DNA of 63,985 nucleotides, filler included, from Conidiobolus incongruus B7586 (Eukaryota): NCBI GenBank assembly GCA_000697335.1. It is 12 parts of 12 records of this genome, joined end to end, with 100 filler letters (N's around TTAATTAATTAA, not from the genome) between each part and the next. Parts side by side here need not be neighbours in the genome. Positions count along the whole stretch, not along the records: positions 21,602 to 37,745 come from JNEM01007072.1; 11 more parts are not named here. One strand, 5' to 3'. Shown piece by piece: positions 25,212 to 37,130 of this stretch (position 1 is its first letter; each line of letters starts with the position of its first letter). The notes under the pieces were generated by a model. It saw only the letters and a program-made list of their open reading frames with translations, ran no database searches and was not told where the DNA came from. The position numbers and the translations under genes were made by a program.

Positions 25212-25676
25212 TGTCGCGGATCGGGAGGTCCGCTCGCCTTTCAATTTTAACCGTCCGTCAAGATTTCAGATGTAATCCACTCACAAATATCAGGAACAAC
25301 CCTTGCACAATGGAAAATTCCAGACTATAGCAGAAGCTGGAGCCTCAACACATTGGCCAAGGATCAACCACACTATAAAATAGTCACTGGACAGATATTT
25401 GCTGAGGGATCACTTCGATCAGGGCCAAGCCCTAGATCTTGCTATTTTAATAAAACTCCTCTAAAGTATCTAGTTAGCCATCTTTGGCCCGTTTCATCGA
25501 GATCACGTGATCTTTATCGCAAGACTACTTCCCAGAAGCCTTGCAATATTATATTTACTCAAGATATATATCATTGTAGACGGGAACTTAAGTTTCATTG
25601 AATTTTGAGAGTATATGAATATATATTCAATGATATATTGGCCAAAAGATTGATTGAAGGAAACTCAATCGTAACA
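25212..25676. mobile_element. Probable solo LTR, GC- and CpG-rich
   Basis: Sharp GC-rich insert bounded by TGTCGCGGAT...ATCGTAACA. No clear TSD. Confidence 0.6.
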
Positions 25677-27200
25677 GCCTTCAAAATAGAGTCAAATATT
25701 ATCCATTATGTTGTTAATCTTGGTGATAATCACTTGATTCAAATATTTTATTAAACCAGAAACAGGTTATAAATTCCCAAGGAAATTTGGTCTATGATTT
25801 TAACTAAGATGAAAGAAACTGAAAAATCATACATAGGGAAATCTATGACTGTATAACCACTACTCCAGTATATTTTAATGTTTTACAGAAACAAGCGACA
25901 AAAGATTCAGCTATGATTGCTGAATTAAACGTGTTAAAATTTATAGACGAGCCTTTGGCTGTTGTGCTAGCATATAGATTAGATAAGATTTCATTTATTT
26001 GAATTTTATAAAAATTTATTTCAGTAAATACATATTTGTTGTGGCTATCATAAAACCAAAAATAAAGAATTTCACGTAATAACGTATCTTGTTGAGAGTA
26101 ATTTGGGAGAAGATTTTACCTATGGTTTTGTTGATCATTTTGTCAAAATTTTTAAGTAAATATTTCCAAAATCTTTGAGCTGTGATGCAAGGACTATAGC
26201 TCGTTTGAGAACTTAATGTGAAGGGTTAAAGCGGATACTACCTTCTCAAGTTCAAGCTTCAATTGAAATTGATAGTTCATTCGAAGGAATTGACTTGCAT
26301 AACTTGGTTACATTAGCACGTTTCGATTATTTATAGCATAATCTTGCCCTATCTACATTGCAATCGACTGAGTAAGGTATATGAAATTCTCAATTAAGTA
26401 ATTGGAATATTAATGATACTATATTAAGTTGAAGTTAATCTTGGAAACTCAAAATTGAAAATTTGATTTGTGATTTTTTAATGAGTTGAATACATCCATT
26501 AACGATAATAATACAGTAGCATGTGGTTCATCTATTAAATCCCGAGTCTTAACTGGGTCCAAATTTGAATTGAAGATGTATATTATACTATCAGATGTTA
26601 CTCCATTATCTTTAAGAACTCTAGTAAATCGTAAAATTTTACATACTATAATTTATGTAATACTCCCACTCCAACAAATATGAAACAAAATTACACCATT
26701 GTAGTTGACAAAAGAATGAGGATCAAAGTTCGAGTATTTCAAGTACAGCGTCTCCTTGCAGAAGAAACCATATATTTATTGATGATTTTAAATTAGGAGT
26801 CATTTGCCTTACACTCCATATAGTCTCAACTAAATCAATTTTAATATTGACATTCATTATTTTCTAAAGTTTGTCAAGGCAAAATTGACTGACAACAACA
26901 GTCATGTGGTAATAGCTAAAAGTAAATTTAAGTTACCTAAATGTGATTTCGGTTGTATGAATAATAAAGCCAAATGGTATATATCTCAAGGTGAATCAAA
27001 CGCAAAAAGGATCCAAGCAAAAGATAATTAGATCTGAAAAATATAGGTACATTATTACTGATTAAACCTCTCAAGAAAATCTCCATTATTTGATAATGAA
27101 AAGATAAATACTATTTGATAAAACATTAATTTAGCTACAAGAGTATCAACAAGCTTCAAAAGGTTAGTATATCAAATACCTTGAAGCTACGAAATAAATA
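25677..27200 (+). pseudogene. Hsp70 pseudogene, 5'-truncated, with many stops and frameshifts
   Basis: Relics [80 protein letters not shown] and RIQAKD. The 3' end is approximate. Confidence 0.9.
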
Positions 27201-29604
27201 CCGCGAGCTATAATTTAGAAAAATATCTTTCAAAGTATACTTATATAATAAAAATCCTAAAAATATTGATATGTATTAATATTTTATTAACTAACAGTTT
27301 TACTTTATAATATAATAATAAAATAAAATTCTCATTTTATTATTCTGAATATCAATTATTAACATAGATATAAACCTTAATTTGTATAAGATTTTCAGTA
27401 TATAATATATAATACAGAATTAATACTCACCAATACTACTAATAATTTTTCCTATATTTTGTTCAACTTGCAACTCCTAAAAAAAGTTTTTTTTAAAAAC
27501 TAACAATGAATATTTTATAAACTAAATCAATTGATTTATACACTATTCCTTTATTGTAAATATATTTCGTAATTAATTAATACAGTTAAACTAATATGGG
27601 TTATAATCTGATAAATATAATAGCTAAGTTTTTTTCTAATTATATTTATAAGGTGTTTTATAACTTTAGTTTCATATATTATAAAACTATATTATAAAAT
27701 AATAGAATTTTTATTAAGAATAAAAAATTTCTTTAGATATTTTCTTATATTAAATTAATAACCTATTTTAACATTAATTAAAAATTAAAAAAATTTAATA
27801 AATGAACTATAATTTTCATCTATTTTAAATACTAATATAGATTTATTATAAGTCTTAGTAAAGATTATTTTAATTAATATTTTATTTATTAAATAATAAA
27901 AGATTAATCAAGAAATCTATAGGTAATCAATTATAGTAATATAATATAAGAGCCTTGGTTTTTGATTATCATTTATAATTTTTTCTTAATTATAGGTATT
28001 TCCATTATTCTCCAAACTTATGTTAAATTATAAGGTACCTATTATATATATAAATACTATTATACTAAGTTTGAAGTATAATATATATTAAGTGCCTATA
28101 TAATAGTTTTCACAAGATCTTGAAAATATTTCAACAAAAATATTTATGTTTTTCCATTTGTTTTTATATTATATTGATAGTTAAAACTATAATAATTATT
28201 AATTTTTTAAATTTTTTGTAAATATTCAATTAATTTCTTTCTTATATTGATAATAAATCTAATAATAAATGATCAATTTGAATAAAATATTAAATTAACA
28301 AGTTATGTCAAAATTTCAAATGATTTTTAAAAATCCATGGTTAAATATTAATAATATTAAAATAAAAGTCTTTTGATGAAAATATATTTATAAATGAGTA
28401 TATAGAATGAAATTTTCAATTCTTATATTTATTTTTTAATATTGGCAATATAGTTGAAATATCAAAAATTAAAAATTTACCATATTTTATTACTGAGGTT
28501 ATGAATATTACAAAAGTAGTTTTAATTGAAATAGTTTAATATTATAAGTAATTAAAATATTTGAATTTATTAATCAATATTCCAAAACCATTGATTATAA
28601 AGATATCTATATTAAGTTATTTTATGATTTCGAAATATAAGATATTATATTTGACTTTCACTTTTTTCAAATCAAAAAATATATGATCTGTTTAATATTC
28701 AATCATATTCCCTCATATCGATTTTGATATTATATTAATAGATTTTTTATAACTTATAATATATAATATTAAATTATAATATATAGTTTTGTATATAATG
28801 AATTCCAAAACAATTTTTAAATATATCATCATATTATGTATTAAAATAATTTTACAGAGTATCAAATTTATATTATAAAACTTATTACACTATTATTTTG
28901 AGATATACTTGAAACTATATGTCTATTAGCTACAAATATTAAACAATATTTCTTTAGATATTTTCTCAGAAATATTAAAATTCTAATTATCAAATATTAT
29001 TCAATTACAAATAAAATAAAATGAGTATATAATGTAATATAATCTTAGAAAATAAAATAGTGAGTTCATTCTTTAAATCAATGATTAGACATTTTTCTAT
29101 AATTTCACTGATAATTCTTTGTTTTTAAAGTCTATTTCAAATTCGAAAAATTACTATATTATTATTATATTATACATTGTAAACTTTGTTATTAAAATTT
29201 TATGCTAATATCAAATTGTGTATTTTTTATAAATAAAATTAATCAAATAATATAATTTTATAACAGTAATTAATTTTTTTTGTATAACTAGATACTATTA
29301 GTCGATACTTACAAATTATATGCTCCCTAACTATATTGATATTTTTTAAATACAATAATTTATTGATTTTTGAAATTCGTTTTAATAGACATGAAACAGT
29401 AGACTTGAATTGGTGGTCGTTTATAAATGTTTAAAAAGATATCCGCGAATAGTGAGACATTATTGCGTGATACTTATATTGTTTAATATGTAATTTTCAT
29501 TAAAGTTGATTACGATGTAGCTATTTGAATGTCTCCTAAATCATTTAATTAATGTTTGATATCAGATTTGAATCCTACATTTGATACCATTTTCGATGGC
29601 TTGA

Positions 29605-31257
29605 TTAATTAGAAAAATTTATAGACATTTGATTGTGAAATAGTTGGGAATGTATTCTGGAGATCATAGTCCAATCTCCTTCTCTATACAGCTTCTCTAT
29701 ATAAATCATTCGATCACAATTTTTGTTGTATATTCTATGATAATTGTATGAGACTTTAATATGGTTTTTCACTCCTGTTAACTTGTCTCTTGCTGAAACT
29801 TTTAGAATACCACTTGAATCAATTGTGAATGTTACATCGATTCTGGGCTCACGAGCTGGTTGAGGAATAATTCCAGTTAAAATAAACTCTCCTAAATAAT
29901 AATTATTTTGGACGTTTGAACTCTCTCCCTGATATATTCTAACACATATATCTGTTTCATAATCTTTCACAGTGGTGAAAGTTTGTACAACTTGAATTGG
30001 AATCGGTGTATTCTGGTTTATCACTGTGTGCATTTTTCCTCCTCTCAATTCAATGCCCAAAGATAATGGAGTAACTTCTTGTAATAATACCTTATCGAAC
30101 CTTGTCGATTGCTGCCCAGTTAAAATTGCTGCTTCAATCGCAGCTCCGTAAGCTACTGCTTCGTCGGGATTAATTGATTTGTTCAACTTTTTCCCATTAA
30201 AATAATTGCTAATCATCTTTTGGACGTATGGTATTCGAGTTGAACCTCCAACTAAAATGATTTCATCTATATCGGATTTCATCATATCAGAATCATATAA
30301 GACCTTGTGAATAGGTTTCAACGCTGACAAAAACAAATCTTGACACAATTCTTCAAAACGTGCTCTAGATATTGACGTGTAAAAATCAATACCTTGAAAT
30401 ATTGAATCAATTTGAATTTTAGCCTGAACTTGGCAAGATAATATACGCTTCGCTCGCTCACATTCGTTTCTAAGTCGAGCAAGAGATCTTGGATTCGATA
30501 TGAGATCTTTTTGGTACTTTTTTTTAAACTCTTGTACAAAGTGGTTAACAAGTCTATTGTTAAAATCTTCTCCACCCAAGTGAGTATCGCCAGATGTTGC
30601 CAACACTTCAAATGCTCCATCACAAATAGACAAAATTGTCACATCGCAAGTACCCCCTCCCAAGTCAAATACTAGTACATTTTTCCTAAATGAAGATTGT
30701 TGAAGTAATCCGTATGCTAATCCAGCAGCAGTAGGTTCACTGATAATTTTCAATACATTTAACCCAGCAAAGCATGCTGCATTCCGCGTTGCTTGTCTTT
30801 GTAGGTTATTAAAATATGCTGGAACAGTGATTACCGCATCTGTCGCTGTTTTACCTAAATAAGATTCTGCGATTTCTCTCATTTTTACCAAGATCATAGA
30901 AGAAATTTCTTCTGGGGTCAACAATATTATATCACCTCTAAATTTGACCTCAATCATCGCATTACCATCTATGTTGAGGACCTTAAAAGGCCAATATTTT
31001 AAATCTGCTTGAACTTTAGGATCATCAAATTTTCTTCCAATTAGACGCTTCACATCGAATATAGTATTGCGAGGATTCATTCCGATTTGATACTTAGCAC
31101 CTTCTCCTATTAAAATTTCTGCCTCATCGAATGACACATATGAAGGTGTTGTACGATTTCCTTGATCATTAGAAATTATTTCAACCCTGTCGTTCTCCCA
31201 TACACCCACACAAGAGTAAGTGGTCCCTAAATCGATACCAATACCTATTCTTGTCAT
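29605..31257 (-). CDS. HSP70: Divergent intronless cytosolic-type Hsp70 (550 aa), lacking most of the lid and the EEVD
   Basis: GIDLGTTYS, NDQGNRTTPSYV, AVITVPAYFN, EPTAA, DLGGGT, GGSTRIP and NPDEAVAYGAA are all present. Confidence 0.93.
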   Translation of the reverse strand: MTRIGIGIDLGTTYSCVGVWENDRVEIISNDQGNRTTPSYVSFDEAEILIGEGAKYQIGMNPRNTIFDVKRLIGRKFDDPKVQADLKYWPFKVLNIDGNAMIEVKFRGDIILLTPEEISSMILVKMREIAESYLGKTATDAVITVPAYFNNLQRQATRNAACFAGLNVLKIISEPTAAGLAYGLLQQSSFRKNVLVFDLGGGTCDVTILSICDGAFEVLATSGDTHLGGEDFNNRLVNHFVQEFKKKYQKDLISNPRSLARLRNECERAKRILSCQVQAKIQIDSIFQGIDFYTSISRARFEELCQDLFLSALKPIHKVLYDSDMMKSDIDEIILVGGSTRIPYVQKMISNYFNGKKLNKSINPDEAVAYGAAIEAAILTGQQSTRFDKVLLQEVTPLSLGIELRGGKMHTVINQNTPIPIQVVQTFTTVKDYETDICVRIYQGESSNVQNNYYLGEFILTGIIPQPAREPRIDVTFTIDSSGILKVSARDKLTGVKNHIKVSYNYHRIYNKNCDRMIYIEKLYREGDWTMISRIHSQLFHNQMSINFSN

Positions 31258-34200
31258 TTTTATATTATTTACTTAATTTTGTTTTAAAATTTATTATACA
31301 AATAAATGTCTCTTGACACTTTATATTGTTTTTTTTGATAGATCACATGAAAGATCAAAATATATTTATCTCTATAAAAACAGTCCATTTAATAAATTAA
31401 TTTAATACTATCCCTTGAACAAAAATTATGTTCATAAAATTATTCATTAACCTCCTTTAGTAATATGTAAATAACCTGAAAAATTTATTTTTCAGATTTA
31501 TCCCCTAAAAGAAATTTACAAAAATAGTAATATGAATTTGAAAAAAATAATATTATTCAATTTTTATTCATTATAAGAATTTTATACAAACGTATATTAT
31601 TCGAATGAAATTATTTACCACTTATATGATATATCAATTGCTCGCCACATGTATAGATTGACCTATTCCATACAATTATCAAATAATTGTATGAAATATT
31701 ATACAAAATAAAAAAATGAATTCATCCTTTACTGTATAATTGAATTAAGAATTTTTAAAACTGGTTCTGATCGGATAATTTGTAAATTAGATAAGAATCT
31801 TATTAATGAATTATATTTGTTTATATTAAAACTTCTAAATAATATATGAATATGTTGATAAAAAAATATTCAATTTATCTTAATTCTAAATCTAATTTTT
31901 GAAAAAATGAGTAGAAATTTTATATCAAAATAGTAATAAGGTTAAACAAATAATGAAAGTAAATTATTTATTTTCATTTTACAAGACTTAATAGTTTTAA
32001 GATCATAATGTTTTTGAATAAGACATTTCAGTAAGGTTATAAAATCCAATGAAATATGTTATCTTTTCTATTTAGATTCAGTGCAGAGTGAAATTCATAT
32101 GAAAAAATTACTAATTGCTATTAATATTGTAATTAGTTCTAATATAATAATTGCTATATTTTGATTCAATTTTTATTGAATAATTTTTCGAATATATGAT
32201 ATTATATATAAATACGTTGGTATGATTCAATAAATTTCATTATTGTTCTAATTAAAATTTTGAATCTAATATTCTTATTATTCAAGCAATATAAAGACAT
32301 AATTATATAGCAACACATATTTTGTTCATAATTCTAATATTTTTATTCCTATATCAATTTAATAAATTTTTGAATATTTCTTTTATATTGTAATTTTATC
32401 TTATTATATAGTTAAAATTTTGAACATACTTTTTAGGAACAAAAAGGATTATTAACATTGCATTTGATAATAAGTTTAGAGAAGATATTTACTATCATTT
32501 TATCAAGAGCTATACTAAAATTCATACTTTTAAATGAATGCTTTTTAGTATAGATTTTTGAATATTTATCACTTGAAAATTTATTAAAATATTTAAAATC
32601 AATTAGATGGCATCAAAAAGGAACAATTTTAAATCACTAATAGCTCAATATTGCGAATTCATTAGATAAATATCAAGTAAAATATATTTTCTATTGTCAA
32701 AATTATATAATTATAATTAGTTATTGAAACCAAACTATGTAAACCAATGTAGATTGATTTTAATATATCAAATATTAAATGATAATATTGGAACAAATAT
32801 ATCTATATTCAGCTCAATTAATAATTATCATAAAGCATGCATTCTATTAATAATGTTTGTGGTTGTGATAGTTTATGAATTGTATTATACTAGTCTGGTC
32901 AGAAATTAATGTAGATGTAGAAATTTCAATTTCTTCGGAGTTTATTAAACTTTTTTTATTATAAAACTGTTGAATGTGCATTGTATAATAATAATTTGAA
33001 TATATCAAATATTTTTATATTTTTTATTTTTCAATAATTTACTTCATTCAAATTGTCGCATACTAATTTAATGCAATATTTTATGCATACAGTTTTGAAT
33101 ATGGCTAACCGGTCTAAACGTGAACTTATTCAATCCATAAACCAAAGAATATATTAAGTGACCAATATCTTTAGTTTTGTATGATGACTTAATGGAGTCT
33201 CTTGAAGATCACTTATATAATCTTCTCATTACACTCTAATAATATAAAAATTTTATAACCATTATCTCTTAGACTCATTATAACCTTGAATAAAATTACA
33301 ATTGTTTAAAGCTCTTATGGTAATTTTTTCTTTTCACAATTCCATTAAGAAATTGTCGAAGAATAGTTAATAACGCTTGTAGACACATGTAAATCAGAAT
33401 TACTTCTCTCCGAGACAAGCATACTCAACCAATAAATTTGAAATAATACTCTAAATAATCTTAGAAACTTTCAATTATATTATTCATAAAGTAAGCAATG
33501 AGTTCAAAATTGAATTCAAGAGTCTTGAAACTTGAAATTTTAAAAATATATTAAAAATTATAAAATTAAAATAATAATTATTATTAGTTTATGTTATATA
33601 AACCAAGAATACCTTAAACAATATTAAATTAGTTGAGCCAAAAAGTTTTGTCGACCCGACACAATATTTGGATTAAAATTTTTACTAATAATTGAAAGAA
33701 TAAGTATTCAATATTATGTCTTTTGAAGTTTCATTTGTTACTATGCATAGTATATTTTCTTATTGGTCAATGGGTGGATATTTTCTAACATGACTTCAGA
33801 CCAATTATAATACTAAATATGAAATTATACTGAATATTAACCAAAATAATTGATTTATTTTTATTTTTTGCAGGTAACAAAACTTTCTGATTAGCCTAAT
33901 ATTATGAATCGATTATTCACAGTTGTAAATTCTTGAAAAGATACGAATTTTTAATATTGAAACTAAGTTATATAAATTTGATGAGACCAAGTAATAAAAA
34001 GGAAGTAGAAGGAATTATTTTATTCACACATATTTTCATATATTTGCCCTCTTATTTGGTTGCTTTCAACTATCCAAATATACATATATTTTCAATATAT
34101 CCAATTTATAATTTGAAACCTTTTATGGATGTTAGAAGGTTTCTACAAATTTGATGAGAAATAAACTTTAAAATAAAATCTAAATATATTTATCTTTATA

Positions 34201-35266
34201 TGAACAAATAGATTTGAATATTTTCTTCTTCCTATTTGCATGCTTTTAAAACAAACTAAGCCTGAATTTATATCCATAAAATATGATAATTATAAATAAA
34301 CTAAAATGTTAGGTTGATTGATAATGTAATGCATGAAATATCAAATATGCTGTGCTGGAGCAAAAATTATAATAATCAATTTCATTTTAAAATAAATTTT
34401 TAAAATGAATTTAAAGATTACCAATTTAATAATATAAATTTTGAATTTGAGATTATTTGAAAATGTATTTAAATAGTTTGAATCCTTCAAAGAAAAAAAT
34501 ATCAATCAATCTATAAATCAATACACAAGTATTTGGGAATTTTAAATCAACATATTTACCCAATAAATTGCAGAATATATATAAGAATTCACTACAGTTT
34601 GAGAGATAATATATTTGAACACAAGATGCGAACATAATGTGAAGGTTACTAGACAGATTCTGTAACTACTTGGTGAAGATTTTTACGATTTTAAAAGTAA
34701 TATGATTGACTGAACCACTTTTTTGAAACAAGAATTTATTTTTAAACTTGTAAAATTATATTGACTTATTATCAAATCAGGATACAAGATAATCTTTTAT
34801 AAAATTAAAGAGTTGATTATTTGCAGTTAATCCCTATTATCTTCAAGTGTTGATTATGACATTGAAAGGATGATTAATGCTTTGCATAATAATTAATAAA
34901 TTCTTAACAAATATATATCATTAATATTCTAAACTAAGGAATTTAAAATATTAAAAATAATTCTTCATCATTAGATTTGTATTTAAATTAATATTTTTAA
35001 ATTTCAGATAAAGATATATTAAATTATATGTTAATATGTTATTTATAATGATTACCGTATACACTAATCTTCAAAATCAACTTTACAATCAACAAACGAT
35101 TTTAATTAAAGTGAATTATTGGACGAATCTTCGCATAAGTCTCATGCAGTATTTTAATTGCATTACACTGGAATCTACTATTTAAAGCTATATAATGCGT
35201 ATAATTATTGGAATATAGATATATTTCATAGCTTTTGATTTGTATCATTTTTTTCACTGATTAACA

Positions 35267-36145
35267 ATGAAATTGTTATCTAAACATTCATTATCAATTT
35301 TATATGCTATTTTATTTACTAATGGGATTACATCCCATGGGATTCAAAGTGTTTGGGATGATATCGGGAAGATGTTGGATGTTGAACCTTCAAATCAAAT
35401 AAATAAAGGTAACGAAATTGTTCCTGAAGCTAATAAGGTGTTGCTTTCTCAAAAAACTGACAAATCCACTTCATCGAATGATAAATCAGATTTTGGTTTT
35501 GACCAATTACTTCCAGATACTCTTGATACTTCACCTGATAAGGATAATCCACCTGAAGGAATTGAGAATTTCCGAGTTCAAAATTATCGACAAATTACTT
35601 CTAGTACCAGCCAGTCTGTAACAAGTTATTCTACCACATCTAAAAGTAGTTCTTATAGTTCTCAATCAACTTCTATTACTAGAGTATCAGTATCCAGTAG
35701 TTCAAGCTCTTCTCAAAGCGGTTCTTCAAGTCCTCAAAGCACCTCTATTTCAACATCAACATCTCGCTATCGTGTCTCCAGTACCACTCCAAACAGCTCT
35801 CGAGATCCTACATCAACTTCATCCACTTCAATTACAAAATCCTCAATCACCTCCTCTTCCAAATTTCCACAATCTACATCCATCACAACCCCCAGTACAT
35901 CCTATAACCCCAAGCCAACATCCCCTACACCTACCACTTCTGGAGGAAATACCACTCCAACTACTCCATCCAATCCAGGCCAATCTGGAGGCTTCCTTTC
36001 CCAAGTATTCAAAGTCTTGGGTTCCATCACTGTTGCAGTGGCTAAATTCTTATGGCAATATAGGACACCTATCTTCAATTTTGTCAACAACTATATTATC
36101 AAACCTATTTGGAACTGGATTAAGAAAAAATTTAATATTCAATAA
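35267..36145 (+). CDS. Secreted Ser/Thr/Pro-rich protein with a C-terminal amphipathic cationic segment
   Basis: 292 aa ORF in a GC island. It has an N-terminal signal-like peptide, a mucin-like stalk and a hydrophobic/basic tail. Confidence 0.85.
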   Translation: MKLLSKHSLSILYAILFTNGITSHGIQSVWDDIGKMLDVEPSNQINKGNEIVPEANKVLLSQKTDKSTSSNDKSDFGFDQLLPDTLDTSPDKDNPPEGIENFRVQNYRQITSSTSQSVTSYSTTSKSSSYSSQSTSITRVSVSSSSSSSQSGSSSPQSTSISTSTSRYRVSSTTPNSSRDPTSTSSTSITKSSITSSSKFPQSTSITTPSTSYNPKPTSPTPTTSGGNTTPTTPSNPGQSGGFLSQVFKVLGSITVAVAKFLWQYRTPIFNFVNNYIIKPIWNWIKKKFNIQ

Positions 36146-36934
36146 TCAATATAATATTTTTAAGTATTAAATAAATATACCCAAACCGCCATAAACTAAG
36201 TTAACTTGATTAAATAATTAATTGTAAAAGTTTATAATTTTAATTGATCCAATTTATTTTATCATGGTTGAAAGGCATGAAATTAAATTAAATCTATATT
36301 TTAATAAATGATCCAAATATCCTGTCAAATTTTAATTGAATTCAATATAATTTAACTATTGTTAGTAATCTATTAATTATTATTTTATGTATTAAAATTA
36401 ATTTTTTATATAACAAATAATCATTTAATATTAATATTGTGAGGATATTTAATAGAATTATAGTTATTAATTAATTGTTATAATATTTTTTATCTAAATT
36501 TTAAATATTCAATTAAATTGAAGTTATTGAAATTAATATTGAAAATAATTTTACCTCTTTCTATCTAATCTCGATATATATAGCTTTCATTCAATTATCT
36601 TCACTTATTCAATAGATTTTAGATATTCAATTTTATACGCTTATTTAGCTACTAATTGTATATATTAATTAATTATAAGACTAAAAATACAGTTGGCAAT
36701 TTATAATTTAAGAATATAAAAACATTAATTTATTAATTTATTTTTTATATTTATTATTTGCATGTAAATTTTATGAGTAACAAATTATATATTAATAAAA
36801 AGAATTTAACTCACAATATCAAATTATAATATTTATCTCAAAAACTTAATTCAACTAAATTTGAAATTATTTAACTAAAATTATAATTTAGATCCAAAAT
36901 TTAAACTTTATAACATATAAATGGTAATATTATT

Positions 36935-37130
36935 GCCATGAATTTAAAATAATGGCAAATTTTTTAATTTCTGATTTTTCAAACATATCATTAGTTTAAA
37001 ATAAACAAATATATACAAAATAAATAACAAATTATATAGTTTTAAATATATATATATACATATATATAATAACTCTTTTGATTAAAAAATTCATTTTTTA
37101 AAATTGGTTATTTAATTTAATTATATTTAA
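36935..37130 (+). mobile_element. mariner 5' TIR/leader remnant
   Basis: AATTTAAAATAATGGCAAATTTTTTAATTTCTGATTTTTCAAACATAT resembles the leader at 56549 onward, followed by a TA run. Confidence 0.5.
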
